Notes: generated from the letters alone by a model not told the origin. A DNA stretch of 62,249 bases, filler included, from Choristocarpus tenellus KU-1152 (GCA_964200185.2; 11 parts of 11 records of this genome joined end to end with filler, not necessarily neighbours in it), one strand, 5' to 3'. Positions 36,990 to 49,747 are shown, counted from the first letter of the whole stretch. Made by a program: numbers and translations.

Positions 36990-37270
36990 GGGGGAGGAGC
37001 TAGGGAGCCATGCCAAGAATCCAACAAACACCTCCATGCCCATCTCCCTGGTGACTCTAGCTTAAAACGCATGACATGTCTAGACAGTGCCACCACTTGC
37101 GTAGTCACCGAGACAATTTGGCGTAGCCGGGATTTGACTACTCCTTTTCTGCTAAATCCTCAAGTTCCTTTCCCCCCACCATGAGAGCAGCCAGCTCATC
37201 CAGGAAGCATTCCGCTTGCTTGCCGAAGCTCCCCAAACTTTCCACCGCCAAGAGCCCTCGTAGTGGGGAT
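36990..37270 (-). mobile_element. Non-LTR retrotransposon 3' fragment (RLE type)
   Basis: LAVESLGSFGKQAECFLDELAAL..RKGVVKSRLRQIVSVTTQV, the same family as 230-540. Confidence 0.55.
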
Positions 37271-37273
37271 ATA

Positions 37274-38895
37274 CAGTCCGCGCCAAAAGTATAAGACCAC
37301 CCGTAAATCATAGAAAAAGCAAGGAGAACTAAAATTATAGACAGATTTCTTTTTATCCAATAAAATTCATTCTACTTCTTGCCCCTCTCTGCTTGGCTGG
37401 ACATCTTCTATAACCGTCAAAGGTGGGTAGGTACGAAACGTGTCGTGAAACGTTGCAACAAAAGTATAAGACCAGATGAGAAAGATGATAAAGTGCTATT
37501 TAATGAGATATGTTAGCCACTTTTCTTTCAATTACTTGGATACAACTTTTGGTCATGTATGAGACCAGTTTTTCCATAGTTTCAACCTCGATGTCGTCCC
37601 AAGCTTTCTTGACACACCCCATCAGCTCGAAGCGTGATGAGTACTGTTTTCCATGGTGCTGTCCAAGTCATGCCTCGAGGGTCGAAACTCACTGAGATGG
37701 AGAAAGGGATTATTCTGGCCCTCCACAAGGTTGGAGAGAGCCATAGGAAGATCGCGGAGCTCATTGGGCGGTCGAAAACTGTGGTAACACAGTTCCTGAA
37801 GGATCCATCATCGTATGGAAGCGCACCCAAGTCAGGAAGGCGGTCCAAACTCACCTCTTCTGCCCGTCGTCAGGTTGTCCGGCATGCAAAACACTCCAAG
37901 TTGAGTGCTAGGGAGCTCCGAAACGCTCTCAACCTTGACTGTACCATACGTACAGTCCAGCGCTGTCTGTATGATGATGAAACGATCGTGTACAGTATGC
38001 GAATGCGGACCTCCGACCTGACACCTCGGCGCAAGGAAGAATGGGTTCGGTTTGCCATGGAATATGTCTCACGGGGGCCAGGATGGAGTGACGTCGTATT
38101 TACAGACGAAAATAAATTCAACCTAGATGGACCGGATGGCCTCAAAATGTACTGGCATAATCTGAGGGATAAACCTGAGGAGTTTGTGAGCCGGCAGAGA
38201 GGTCGTGGTGGGGTGATGGTATGGGCTGGGTTTTCTCTCTTCGGTAAGACTGAGCTGGCAATCCTGGAGGGCAACCAAGATTCGGAGACGTATATACGGA
38301 CACTCTTGGAGTACTTTCTGCCCTTTTCCCATCGTACTTATGGTGGTGAATGCATTCTACAGCAGGACAATGCACCCATCCACGTCTCCTAGGTGACGAA
38401 AGAAGGTTCCAGGAGCATGATATCCATGTACTGGAGTGGCCGCCGAAATCCCTTGATCTCAATCCAATCAATAGAGAACCTCTGGGGGATCATGGCTCGC
38501 AATGTTTATGCCCATGGAAAGCAGTACTTATCACGCTTCAAGCTGATCGGGTGTGCGAAGAAAGCTTGGGACGACATCGAGGTTGAAACTATGGAAAACC
38601 TGGTCTCATATATAACCAAAAGTTGTATCCAAGTAATTGAAAGAAAAGGGGCTAACACATATAATTAAATAACACTTTATCATCATCTTTCTCATCTGGT
38701 CTTATACTTTTGTCGCAACCTTTCATGACACGTTTCGTACCTACCCACCATTGACGGTTATAGAAAATCTCCAGCCAAGCAGAGGGGCAAGAAGTAGAAT
38801 GAATTCTATTGGATAAAAAGAAATCTGTTTATAATTTAGTTCTCCTTGTTTTTTCTATGATTTTACGGGTGGTCTTATACTTTTGGCACGGACTG
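37274..38895 (+). mobile_element. Tc1/mariner (Tc3-like) DNA transposon with ~383-bp TIRs and TA target-site duplication
   Basis: TA|CAGTCCGCGCCAAAAGTATAAGACCACCC ... GGGTGGTCTTATACTTTTGGCACGGACTG|TA. TIRs span 37274-37656 and 38512-38895, each with an internal direct repeat CAAAAGTATAAGACCA. Confidence 0.95.
37670..38668 (+). pseudogene. Tc3-like transposase, disrupted
   Basis: MPRGSKLT..FLKDPSSYG N-terminus like Tc3A, then VFTDENKFNLDGPDG, QQDNAPIH and WPPKSLDLNPI/ENLW. TAG at 38390 and frameshifts near 38400 and 38468. Confidence 0.9.
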
Positions 38896-40430
38896 TATTC
38901 AGTCTAATATGTTTCAGCAAAAACAAAACATATATATAGATGGGAAGCTAAGGAAGACAGTAGTACAATACTTAATAGTGGTGAAGTAACTGATTAGTGG
39001 TTTTGTGAATCGTGTGATTCTGTGGCGGTGTAGTTCACTCAGGCAAGGGTGGCGAAGAGAATCACCGAGCAAGACGGACCAGACGAACAAGGACGAACNN
39101 NNNNNNNNNNNNNNNNNNNNNNNNNNNNNNNNNNNNNNNNNNTTAATTAATTAANNNNNNNNNNNNNNNNNNNNNNNNNNNNNNNNNNNNNNNNNNNNGG
39201 GGGTCTGGGGGTGGGGCTGGCGGGGGGGGCCGGGGGGGGGGGTCAAGTTTTCTACTTGCTCTGTGTATACTATACAAGCAATCTGTTATTAGGTGCTTGT
39301 AGTCACAGATACACTCCTTGTAAATCTTTTTAGGAGATATACCACGAGTCCCTTGGCAGGTTGTAAGGTTCTATCTGTTGCTGGAGTGTGATGATCTCCT
39401 CTTTACAAGGACCCCCTAATTGATTGCTTGGCGCTGGTCATTAGGTCTATCAGTGACTGACATGAACATAGATTTATTGAGGACCGGGTTCCCAAACAGG
39501 GCAAGGGGATCATGACTTCAGCGGCAATTGTTTGACACTTTGGTACTTTTGTGGATTCTCTTCCTCTTTTCAATTTAGCATTTCCTGTTAGATGATGAGA
39601 AAAAAGGTTGTCAGGGGGTAAAAACCTGCTCTTTTTTGGAAATTGACTGATGGTGAAAACTTGGTGTAATTTTTTTCTTATTGATTCCTTTACACTGGAT
39701 GTATGTCCTCCGGGAGGGATGAAACGCGCACATACATTAGGTGATAAGATCAATTAAAGCATACTCTGTTGTGTATTGTTTCTGAGTAGATTTGACAGTT
39801 TCATTAACCGACCAGAAGAGGTCCTTTTTGTTTTCCAGTTTTTTTTTATTTTGTAATGTTACATCTCACCCCCTCCCCAAGCACCTGTCAAGCCAATGCC
39901 GTTGAAAAAGACGGTGTACGTATTGTATACTGTATCTATATAGATGTTGTATAAATAGAGCATGTCTTGGGCAGAGACTCAGGGTGTTGCCTCCATAGTG
40001 TTGAGTACTTCGACCAAGACCTTACCTTCATTATATATTAAGGGAGTGTGTATGTATTGTAGTATGTTGATTCATGGTAAAGGACGATTATTTATTAATA
40101 GATGGTCGACCATAAAGCACAGGATGTTGATTACTCTCACCCAAAGTAAACAAGAGATACCCAGTTGTTGGTCGTCGTGTATTTAGAGCTAGTTTTTCTT
40201 TTTCTTTTTCTTTTTCAAATTCACACCGTATTTCTCGATGGATGAAGTCCTAAGCTTGACTTGAGAGGGTTTTATTGGTCTCTTGTTTGAAAGATTTCTA
40301 CGATATTCGAAAAATATCCTAAGCACACTTTTGTTTTTTTGCTTTAAAAAAAAAATGAATTTTGAACGTATTTGCCAAGGTACTTAGTTAAAGTGCAACT
40401 ATGGGTACCTCTCGCCTGCTGGGACTCTTC

Positions 40431-40540
40431 GTATTGCATACTATACTATCTTTCAAAGGATGTTGTATTGCATACTATACTATCTTTCAAAGGATGTTGT
40501 ATTGCAAACTATACTATCTTTCAAAGGATGTTGTATTACA
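40431..40540. repeat. Tandem repeat of ~34 bp x3 (GTATTGCATACTATACTATCTTTCAAAGGATGTT)
   Basis: Read directly from the sequence. Confidence 0.85.
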
Positions 40541-40603
40541 TGGTACTGCTTGTCGACTGTTGCGCTCTGTTGTAACTTGATCCTGTGGTCCCAATACTAA
40601 CAG

Positions 40604-40719
40604 TGGTAAAGCATAGGATGGAGGCTGAGTACGGTGTGCAAACAAGAATGGAACCGCTGCCTGGGTTCAACACTGCTCGCTGGTCCGAAGGGGACTGGGA
40701 AGCCATCGACAAGGCCATG
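40604..40719 (+). CDS. prfC: Single exon resembling the C-terminal domain of bacterial-type peptide chain release factor 3 (organellar)
   Basis: ctaacag|..VKHRMEAEYGVQTRMEPLPGFNTARWSEGDWEAI|gt resembles RF3 VVxxRLxxEYGVExxLEPLPYxxARW. No other exons found in this contig. Confidence 0.6.
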
Positions 40720-41951
40720 GTTCGTTGTCGATAGATGCTTTTTGTTTTGATTATTCTAAGTGTAACTCACTCTCACCTCTCATGTGCAGTGACATTTGGT
40801 ACCTACTTTGTGTCCAGAACCGGTGCTCTTGTTGCAAGGTCATTACTGGTTTATCGCAGTGCAGCTTCGAGGTGGTGTTTCAGCACCATATCCCACTTCT
40901 GCCCTTCCTACCCCCCCAAGATAATCACTTCCAAAAGTACTCAAGACATTTTTTTTTTTAGGGGCGGGTTAAGAAAGTTGATGTTCCCAAGACTTGTGCG
41001 CGCATGAGTGACTTGATTCATTCCTTGGTCGGTGTTGGACAGGTTGTAGGTGAAGCAAGGAAGGGAAAAGGAGGAGTGACCCTTCAATTCCAAGAGTGGG
41101 GTTCACTTTCACCAAACATATCCTAACCCTAACCCTAACCCAAATATATACTATCCTCTAGATCACTTGTCACTAATCACGGATTACTAGATGCACATAT
41201 TCCTATTTCTTATTACAGTATTTCCTGTTCCTGAACTCTTCCGTGCTCTACTCTAGTTCATCAACCCATACTTACATATTTTACTTTTACACAAGAGAAA
41301 AATATATATATATTCTTGACAGGGTGTGTCTGGGCAAGTGGTACACAGCACTGTCCACGTTCCAATCTCCCAAGATTCGAATTGGGTTGTGTCTGTGTTG
41401 AGAGGCGGTAGATCACGTCATCAGAGCTTGTTTTGTTATTACTTTTTTTGTTATGGTAAAGAGAGGGTAGTGCCACTCTGGATAGCCAAACTTACAGTTA
41501 CTCATAGATCTATGTATATGTACCAGTCCGTGATAATTTATCGTCGTCCAATCAGCTTACGCTGTCGTACAGTAGTAGACAGCTGTTTCGACAATACTTC
41601 AAGTGAAGAGACCTTGTCATCTACCAGTACTCTTGTGTGACACCTTTCTAACAACAGTGTGCACTAGTATGGTCAAATGTTGCTCCAATACCTCTCTAGA
41701 TTCTGAGAAGTCTCTGTTTGGTACAAAAGATCATAGAGTTTGTTCAGCAGAGAAGGCGTGAGTGAGCTGTTAAAGTATCCCCAAAATCATCAAAGAACAT
41801 AAAGGTGATAAACCTGGCGAGATTGCTTGNNNNNNNNNNNNNNNNNNNNNNNNNNNNNNNNNNNNNNNNNNNNTTAATTAATTAANNNNNNNNNNNNNNN
41901 NNNNNNNNNNNNNNNNNNNNNNNNNNNNNGGCGGGCGCTGGGGGGCGGTGG

Positions 41952-41963
41952 ATGGGGGGGGGG

Positions 41964-42006
<43 letters not shown>

Positions 42007-42160
42007 GGTCTATACCAGGGTGTCCATTTGACCCCAAATCAGGAAAAGTGCATTTACATTATTCATCTGACGTATGCAACCAAGTCATCCAAAAATCGCG
42101 ACATGAAAAAATTGACCCCAAATGGACAGCCGCCACCCCCCCCCCCAAATACTTTGAGCC
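41952..42160 (+). mobile_element. G-tract TIR element copy
   Basis: Poly-G, GGTCTATACCAGGGTGTCCATTTG ... CCCCAAATACTTTGAGCC. Confidence 0.75.
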
Positions 42161-42239
42161 TTCATTCTTCCACCATGAAAGTTATGTTGGACCCCACGAC
42201 GTTGACCGTTATGATGAGACTGACTCTTCCCCTGTGATG

Positions 42240-43330
42240 AGCTGCTAACAACCAAAGTGTGGCTGTTCTTGTGTCTTGACTGCTTCCCCTCATGAATGGA
42301 AGCATCTCGCTCTCTACCAGTTTTCTCTACGTCTGCTCGATATAGTGTCCTCTGTGAGGCTACCATTTGTATCTCGATATCGTAATCTGATCTGAGTGCA
42401 CTCAGAAACTGTAGGAGCAGCAGCTTGCCTGAGATGACGAGATACATCGATAGCATCCTCCCCCATAGCTCCTTCAATTGGGTTAAGGTCAGGAGCGGAT
42501 TCGCCCCCTTCTCCACCTTCAAAGAAAAAAACTGACGGAACAAATGTTGGCTATTACCCACTGTATTAGGCGTGAACCAATCATCTACTGCTCAGGAAAG
42601 CTTGCTCGGGCTTTGGTGCGTATAGCACAGAGCCCTGGTGATGGGTGCAACAAGAGCAACAGTATGTGCAAGTAGTAAGCCTCTTCAACCATCCAGATAT
42701 CATTCACACTGAATCCATCTGAGAAAATTCCCTTGTAGGAACGTTCTTGGTTAACTGATCTTTCACCTTTGTCAACACACCCAGGCAGTGGGTATATCGA
42801 CAATGCATGATGAAACGCCTCTTCCAGTCCCGGTAGTCCAAGTCGTCCAATAATTTTGGTGGCTGAGCTCTTGACCTCTTAGGGTGAACAGTATGTGCGC
42901 CTGACCCCAAACTCGCCGTAGAGTCGGACCTCTGGCTCGCCCCACTTCTGACGCTCCCAGCATCTGAACTTTTTCCCCTCTCTGGGAAATTTTACCTCAA
43001 CATGGGTCCCATAGGGCCCACTTCGATTGGTACATCACCAGCCGGAGGCCGTGTGCTGGGCACAACGGCCTGGACAATGGGATGATTTCATCGCCGAATC
43101 TATCAGACTGCAACATGAGATTGCCAACATTTCTGGACAGATCCACTACCGTCTCCATAAGCTGCCGGACTTCTTTAACAGATGGAACCTCAGCAGGAAC
43201 AGGTAGAATCTCATCTCCATCTGAAGATATAATAAAATGACAGGTATTGCCCAAATCATCAAAAATAATAAAGGGGACAAACCCAGGGAGATTGCTTGAT
43301 GTCTGTAGAGTGATTGATCAACGTTAAGTG
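42240..43330 (-). mobile_element. Degenerate Copia/Ty1-like gag remnant
   Basis: QPPKLLDDLDYRDWKRRFIMH and LQFLSALRSDYDIE resemble UBN2-type gag. Frameshifted. Confidence 0.55.
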
Positions 43331-43558
43331 GGGCATGCAGCACCCCATTAAATCAGAAATATTTCCTTTTATATGAGAAATGTTCCCATATAGCTAATCA
43401 CTAATGAAAGGTTCTGATCAACTTAATCGCTAATAATTATTCTCTCACTCCATATACATTCCTTTTCATAACGTATACATTTTAAATACTCCGAAATATT
43501 CTTGAGTAGGTAAAAATGTCATAAAAAACGTGTGGGCAGTTAATCCCCAAATGGACCA

Positions 43559-43738
43559 GACCCAGAGCATCTGGGGGGGCGGGGGCGGTCTATACCAGGG
43601 TGTCCATTTGGGCCATGACCAGGAAAAGCACAATTACGTTATCCACCCGACGCATGCAACCAAATCACACAAAAATTGCGACATTGAAAAATGGGCCCCA
43701 ATTGGACAGCCGCCACCTCCCCCTAGATACTTCGAGCC
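43559..43738 (+). mobile_element. G-tract TIR element, near-complete copy (~180 bp)
   Basis: GACCCAGAGCATCTGGGGGG ... CCCCTAGATACTTCGAGCC. Confidence 0.8.
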
Positions 43739-43829
43739 AGGACTGAAGAGCTATCCATTTTCGCCTTTTGTAGCAATGTGCAGTCCAAATATTTTATACA
43801 CGCCCTCTAGCCTTGCCTCCAGATCAAGA

Positions 43830-45090
43830 AAATGATGCAACACTTCATTAAGGACAAGGCCACCTTCTGGCACCCTGTGGCATTTTTGCACACATAGAGT
43901 GATGTTTGATCCTTTTCCTTCATACCATTGACACCCCTCTCTGTCTTTTTGTTTTCTTCATTTGCAATGTGCATCTTGCGTGGCAGTATCATATAAAACA
44001 GTTCTATCTATCAACATTGTAGATGTGACCCAGGGGGTATTTGTCACAGGTGTCCTTCACCTGTTACAGACCCTCCTTCGCTTCCTCATCAAAATTGCGA
44101 GCCTGCCCATGCAGCACCACGCTTGTCATCTTGTGTTGTGAGAAAGATATACCTTGACCCACTTGTGAACAACCAAAGCTCTCCAACGACTCAATACCTG
44201 CACTTGGCGGCTCTTTGACAAGAAGTTCTGAATTAACCTCGAGACCAAACGACATGCTGGTTTGTTCAGTCACTGGCAGACCAGGTCTCCTTGCCTTCTC
44301 CACAAGCTCGTGGCCATGCTATTCATTTGATCCCTGCAAGAGGAGCACAAAAGCAGCCAGCAATTAGTTCGTTGCAGTATATCTTGTACATGATGACATA
44401 GGCCATAGTAGCAGTTGGACAGCAGTTGCACTGCACAAACACTATTGCAGTGTAGTAGACAGTAGTACCACAATACACGCATGCAGGTATAAAAACTTAC
44501 CTCGTTGAGTCGTGAGTTCCTAGCTACCTTCTCACGATCCTTTTGAGTTCTAAGAAGCTGCTTCTGAAAATCTTTCTTGGTTGCTCCAATTCATGTGATG
44601 CTTCCTACGCTAATGCTGTGTCGCTCTGCTATACTGACTCGATTAATCTTGTGTCCAGTTAAGAAGTCCAGCGCTTCGGACAAAAGATAACCATTTCCAT
44701 TTTTCGACGCCATTTGATTGGTCCTTATGCTTACCCTTGTGGTTGATGTCCTTTTTAGTGGTACTCTCCCTCAGATCTGACCCAATGGCAGGCAGCTCTA
44801 AATTGTCAGCGACAAGAAAACTGTTCCAGTTGGGGAGATGAAGTTATTGATACAACAATGGGTTCCTCATCACTGGTGTGCCTTCGTCACTCTTCTCCAC
44901 CTCGGGGGTGTGGCATTCAAAGCACACTCTCTTGATCTCATTGTCCCCCATCTACATCATGGTGCCACAATTCCATGAAGGTATAGTGTCCACACCAACA
45001 TGTATTGCTTAGAGGTATGGTAGTCCTGTTTGGCAGTAGGAATAAGCCAGCATGAGGTCAAAGTGTGCAGGATGTGTATCCGAACGGTAC
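43830..45090 (-). pseudogene. Decayed pogo/Tigger transposase of the same family as 1092-3588
   Basis: Fragments CWCGH/YLHGI..DNEIKRVCFEC, intron donor AG|gtaagt near 44500, LPVTEQ..VVLHGQA, HIYNVD and ILPRKMHI..RGVNGMKEKDQTSLYVCKNATGCQKVALSL. Confidence 0.8.
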
Positions 45091-46796
45091 TCCATATTGG
45101 TATCGCATATTTATGGATGTGAAAGGACGTGTGGTATTATCAAAAATATTCTCAATTTTTTTTGATCTATATTTTTTGTAGGTGGTATGAAATTGAGAAT
45201 TACATTTTTGTCAGTTCAAAATGTGATAGGTTTTTGTTTGGTGTTGATTATTTTAATGTGCTTTAAAATGGTACTACTTGTGAACTGGTGGGATTGGTTC
45301 ATTATGGGAATTCTGGATCGAAAATTTGTGAGAAATACATGGTATATCCCTTGCAGTGTCCAAGGTCAATGTGGCTGACTCATAATTATTTTTTTTCTCC
45401 ACAAGTATACGTTTAGTATGAACTTATACATAAAGGAAGATATGTGTACTGTGACAATGCACTGGAGTATCATGAACGAAATAGTTTTACTATTAGAATT
45501 CTGATTAGCACCTAAAGGAAAAATTGGACGTGAAGTATGTTTATTCTGGATAACATGTTGAATAAACTGTGCTTGTGGAGCCAATGCTACAGTGGATGAA
45601 TCGTGTTTCGCTCGTTTTACAACCCTGTCGACTCTTATACTAGCCTCGACTTCGGATCCAAAAGAAGTACAGGGTATATTGTCCTTTGGGCCCCATCAAT
45701 GTTTTTCTGTTTTTCTTCNNNNNNNNNNNNNNNNNNNNNNNNNNNNNNNNNNNNNNNNNNNNTTAATTAATTAANNNNNNNNNNNNNNNNNNNNNNNNNN
45801 NNNNNNNNNNNNNNNNNNTCCCTACCCCAAATGTAGGAGCGGAAGTGTTCTACAGCCCACAAGATAGCCATGCATTCCCTTTCAGTGGGTGCTCTCCTAC
45901 TGTCTGATTTAGACCATCTATGGCTAGCATAAGCTATCACATGTTTATTTCCTGCAAACTATAGTTTGTAAGGTTTGAAGTTGTGGGGAGGAGTTACCAC
46001 AGCTTGTTCTACATCATCATAATGGGTCATAATAGGAGATGTAAACAAATACTAAACAATACTTCGGTACGTTGCTATTTGTCTGAGCAGGTTTTGGGTT
46101 AGTGTTTCTGTAGGGGGGGTTTTTGTTTCTTAGTTGATGTTAGTTGTGTTGGGTTATTGGGGTCACTCTTTACCAAACTTGGTTGACTGCTATTAATACT
46201 ACCACCATCATTTAGTCTAGACCTAAGCCTCAGGGCAGCAGTAGCAACAACAACACTATACTATTTTTTATGCCCTTTGACATTTTACGGGTGTGTCAGC
46301 GAAAAAACAAGGCCATACATACTGTGTGTACATGCAACAAGTAACTTCAACACACCCAATCAATACTGTTACTGTTCCTATTAGTAGACAGACAAATGGA
46401 TCGTGTTGTTACGTAGGAAGAAGCAACTACAAAAACATGGTTGGATTTATTGTAAGAAAGAACAGGTAAAATAACATGATGTACGCAAATGAAACAACAC
46501 ATAAATGATGCAGTGGTAGCAGTAGTACAAGTTTGGAAGCAACGCAACACCCAGAAAAAAAGCCTAACATGACGAAGAAGAGAAAATGCTCAGTCAAGGA
46601 AAAATAGATAATATGCAACAACCATCTCCAGCACCAAGGGTCTCAGTTAGTCAAAGACGGATGTATAGAGGGGGACATACATGTATTTTACTTTGCTCAC
46701 AAATTCTGGATTAAACCATTAGCCTCTCTTAGCCTTATATCCAACAAAGTCCTCATCAACCAGCAATTCACCACTCACTCCATTCGAGGTTACTTT

Positions 46797-47300
46797 GTGT
46801 ATAGTACCCAACTCACAAACCAACCCAACCAATTTCCGTGTGCAATATCCACTTCCACACCAATGCGATCACTTTCCGTGTATGGTATCTACTCACTAAC
46901 CAAACCAGCGAATTTCCGAATTTGGTATCCACTTCCACACCAACTCGGCCACTTTCCGTATGTGGTACCCAACTCACAAACCAATCCGACCATTTTTCAC
47001 GCGTATGGTATATCGACTTCCACACAAATGCAGCCACTTTCCGTGTATGGTATCCACTCACTAACCAATCTTGCCAATTTCCGCGTATGGTATGTCTACG
47101 TCCACACAACCTTTGTCACTACTTGTCGTGTATGGTATCCATTCAAAACCAATGCGACCGATTTCTGTGTATGGTATCCACTTCCAAACCGATGTGGTCA
47201 CTTTAATCGTATCTACCCCACACCAATGCGGCCACTTTCCACGTATCCACCTCTGACCAACGTAGACAATTTTCACGAATCGACCAAACCAATGCGACCA
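46797..47300. repeat. Minisatellite of ~40-bp units with A/B higher-order periodicity
   Basis: Ten clear units beginning GTGTATGGTATCCACT, then degenerate ones. Tails alternate between CACAAACCAA-type and TCCACACCAATGCG-type. Confidence 0.9.
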
Positions 47301-47610
47301 ATTTCTCCGAATCCAATCCTTCCCCACGATCTTTTTCCAGACGATTTATCTAAGAGTCTTCGATTTATGCCACTACACAACAACACGAAAGCACCAAAAA
47401 TGATGAACGGAAAAGAGGGGTATTACAGATAACGTCCCTCGGAACGTTGGAGATGTAGAAGAAGACGCGAACGTTGGTCCACATAAGCACGAACTTGCAC
47501 TCCAGTTTTACTACAAGTACATGTACCAGAAGACATTCACAGGACTTCAAGCAATTTACTTCCCAAGATCCCCTCTCTAAGTTAGGATGGCTCGATTTGA
47601 ATATAAGGTC

Positions 47611-47730
47611 GCTCAAAAGTATCTGGGGGGGGGGGGGGGGGGGGGGGGGGGGTTCCTCTCGGGGCCCTTTTTCTCTCTAGGGGGGAGAGGGGGGGTTGTT
47701 GGTGTGAGGTGGGGGTGGTANNNNNNNNNN

Positions 47731-47778
<48 letters not shown>

Positions 47779-47905
47779 CGGCTGTCCATCTGGGGCCCAT
47801 TTCTCCATATCGCGATATATGGGTGATTTGGTTGCATGCGTCGGATGGATAATGTGAGTTCACTTATCCTGGTCAGGGCCCGAGTGGACACCTTGGTGTA
47901 GAACC
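47611..47905 (-). mobile_element. G-tract TIR element copy (poorly assembled poly-G)
   Basis: GCTCAAAAGTATCTGGGG.. and GGCGGCTGTCCAT..GTTGCATGCGTCGGAT..GGACACCTTGGTGTAGA. Confidence 0.7.
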
Positions 47906-48619
47906 TTCTCCTCGTTTCTATCAACATATCCCTTTAACAAACATCGAAGATTGCACTCTTTAGGCTTCAACTGTAAATATAGGGCATAGTCAGGAAGTCA
48001 TCCTCTCCCAAGGTTGCTGCAATCACCATCATGATCAACATGACCACTGCTGTAGATTGGGACATGAAGATAGAATAATAATAATTGTGACAATGTGGTT
48101 AACACTCTATACTTGGCAAAGAAGAAAAAATGTTTCGTGACATTGGGGACAAAATCTACAAAATAACAAATATAAAATAACCATAAATGGTTCGATTGTC
48201 GTATTTGTCTAAAGACACTAAATCGGTAGAGAAAAAGAAATCATCAATTCGTAGTGGTATTCAAATAGGGGTGGGGGTTAGAAGTGATCGTAACCAAGTG
48301 GACAATAGTTAAGCTGAGCTATTTTTGAACAAAATCATTGATAATATCTCTGTACGTACGCTGAATAAAATTCAGCAAATTAAAGAATGACCGAGGGTAG
48401 GAGAAGAAGGGGAAAGTGTGGAAAGAGGAACAAAGAAGAAAAAAAATCCCATAATGAGGAACATCTACATTATGTACCATCATTGATTGTTCAAGCATGA
48501 TAACAAAAAATAAAACTAAACCTACGGAATAGTCATTCGTCGTTAATGTTGCAATTGATCATCCCCCAAATAACCTCAACTTGACATCACACACACAAAG
48601 GAATGCACATCTTAACACT

Positions 48620-48650
<31 letters not shown>

Positions 48651-49747
48651 CTGCAGCACAATAATGGACCAAAGTGTCGCTGTAGTCAGTATGGGCCTCA
48701 ATGATGGCAGGGACAGCAAATGGAATCAATAATCGAAAGCACTGTATTTTGTATGAAAATATGAACGCAATCTTCTTATTATACTAGCATGAACGAAGAC
48801 CCTGGACCAAACCGACTGGTACTAAGATAAACACGAAAGTGAACAGATATAATATCAACCTCCAACAGTCTTCCTTTAAAAACGTACGACTGCCATCACT
48901 AGTAGTTGTTATATTGATAAGTAATAACAATGACAGCAGTATTGTTTTTATCATTATAAATGAGAGTGGAAGCATTCTGCATGCAGGGGTATCACTGTTG
49001 TTAAGGCCCTGTACAACAAAATGTCAAAAATTCCCCCCATCTAGGATAATTTGACTCATTCTTTTATGCACCTTACACAAGTAGTAGACCTTTGCCTCTG
49101 TGCCTCTCTCGAGTTGAGATGTTTTGTGCCTGGGGAGGTGTGCAGGTTATTCTTGTATAGTGAGTGTTACCATGCCTGGCAGGGTAAGAATATTTTTTGA
49201 CACACTAAACGCCTGTTTCCTGACACCAAAGGTACTACCCTCCACCCCTTCTTGCTGTTTATTCCCTAACCCCCATCTACCCCCCAGATATCTCAAACTG
49301 ACCCAAAGTATCTGGGGGGGGGGNNNNNNNNNNNNNNNNNNNNNNNNNNNNNNNNNNNNNNNNNNNNTTAATTAATTAANNNNNNNNNNNNNNNNNNNNN
49401 NNNNNNNNNNNNNNNNNNNNNNNCCCCCCCCCGGACACTTTGAGCCTATCACAAAATTGAGAATGTGGTTAACCATATACAGACCACGAAAAGAAATGAC
49501 TTAAGGCAATGATGTGCACCATGCGGTGGTAGTTTGGGGTAATTGTACATACTTTCTTGACAAAATCCTAAGCAAAGCAAGAAATAGATGTCAAGTCAAC
49601 AAGGCGTATGAAGCAGCACTAAATTTTCAATGCAGGCAGTAGAGGATATTCTCTCTTTTTTGTTGCTACTCAAGTTACAAATTGGCAAGTCCAAGTTAAG
49701 GCGGTAGTTTCCAATTAAACCGCACCTCCCTCCTCACCCCCCTCCAG

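Noticed and set aside
46797-47300. CRISPR-like array
   Set aside because: The variable parts are homologous to each other and periodic rather than unique spacers. The context is eukaryotic with no cas genes.
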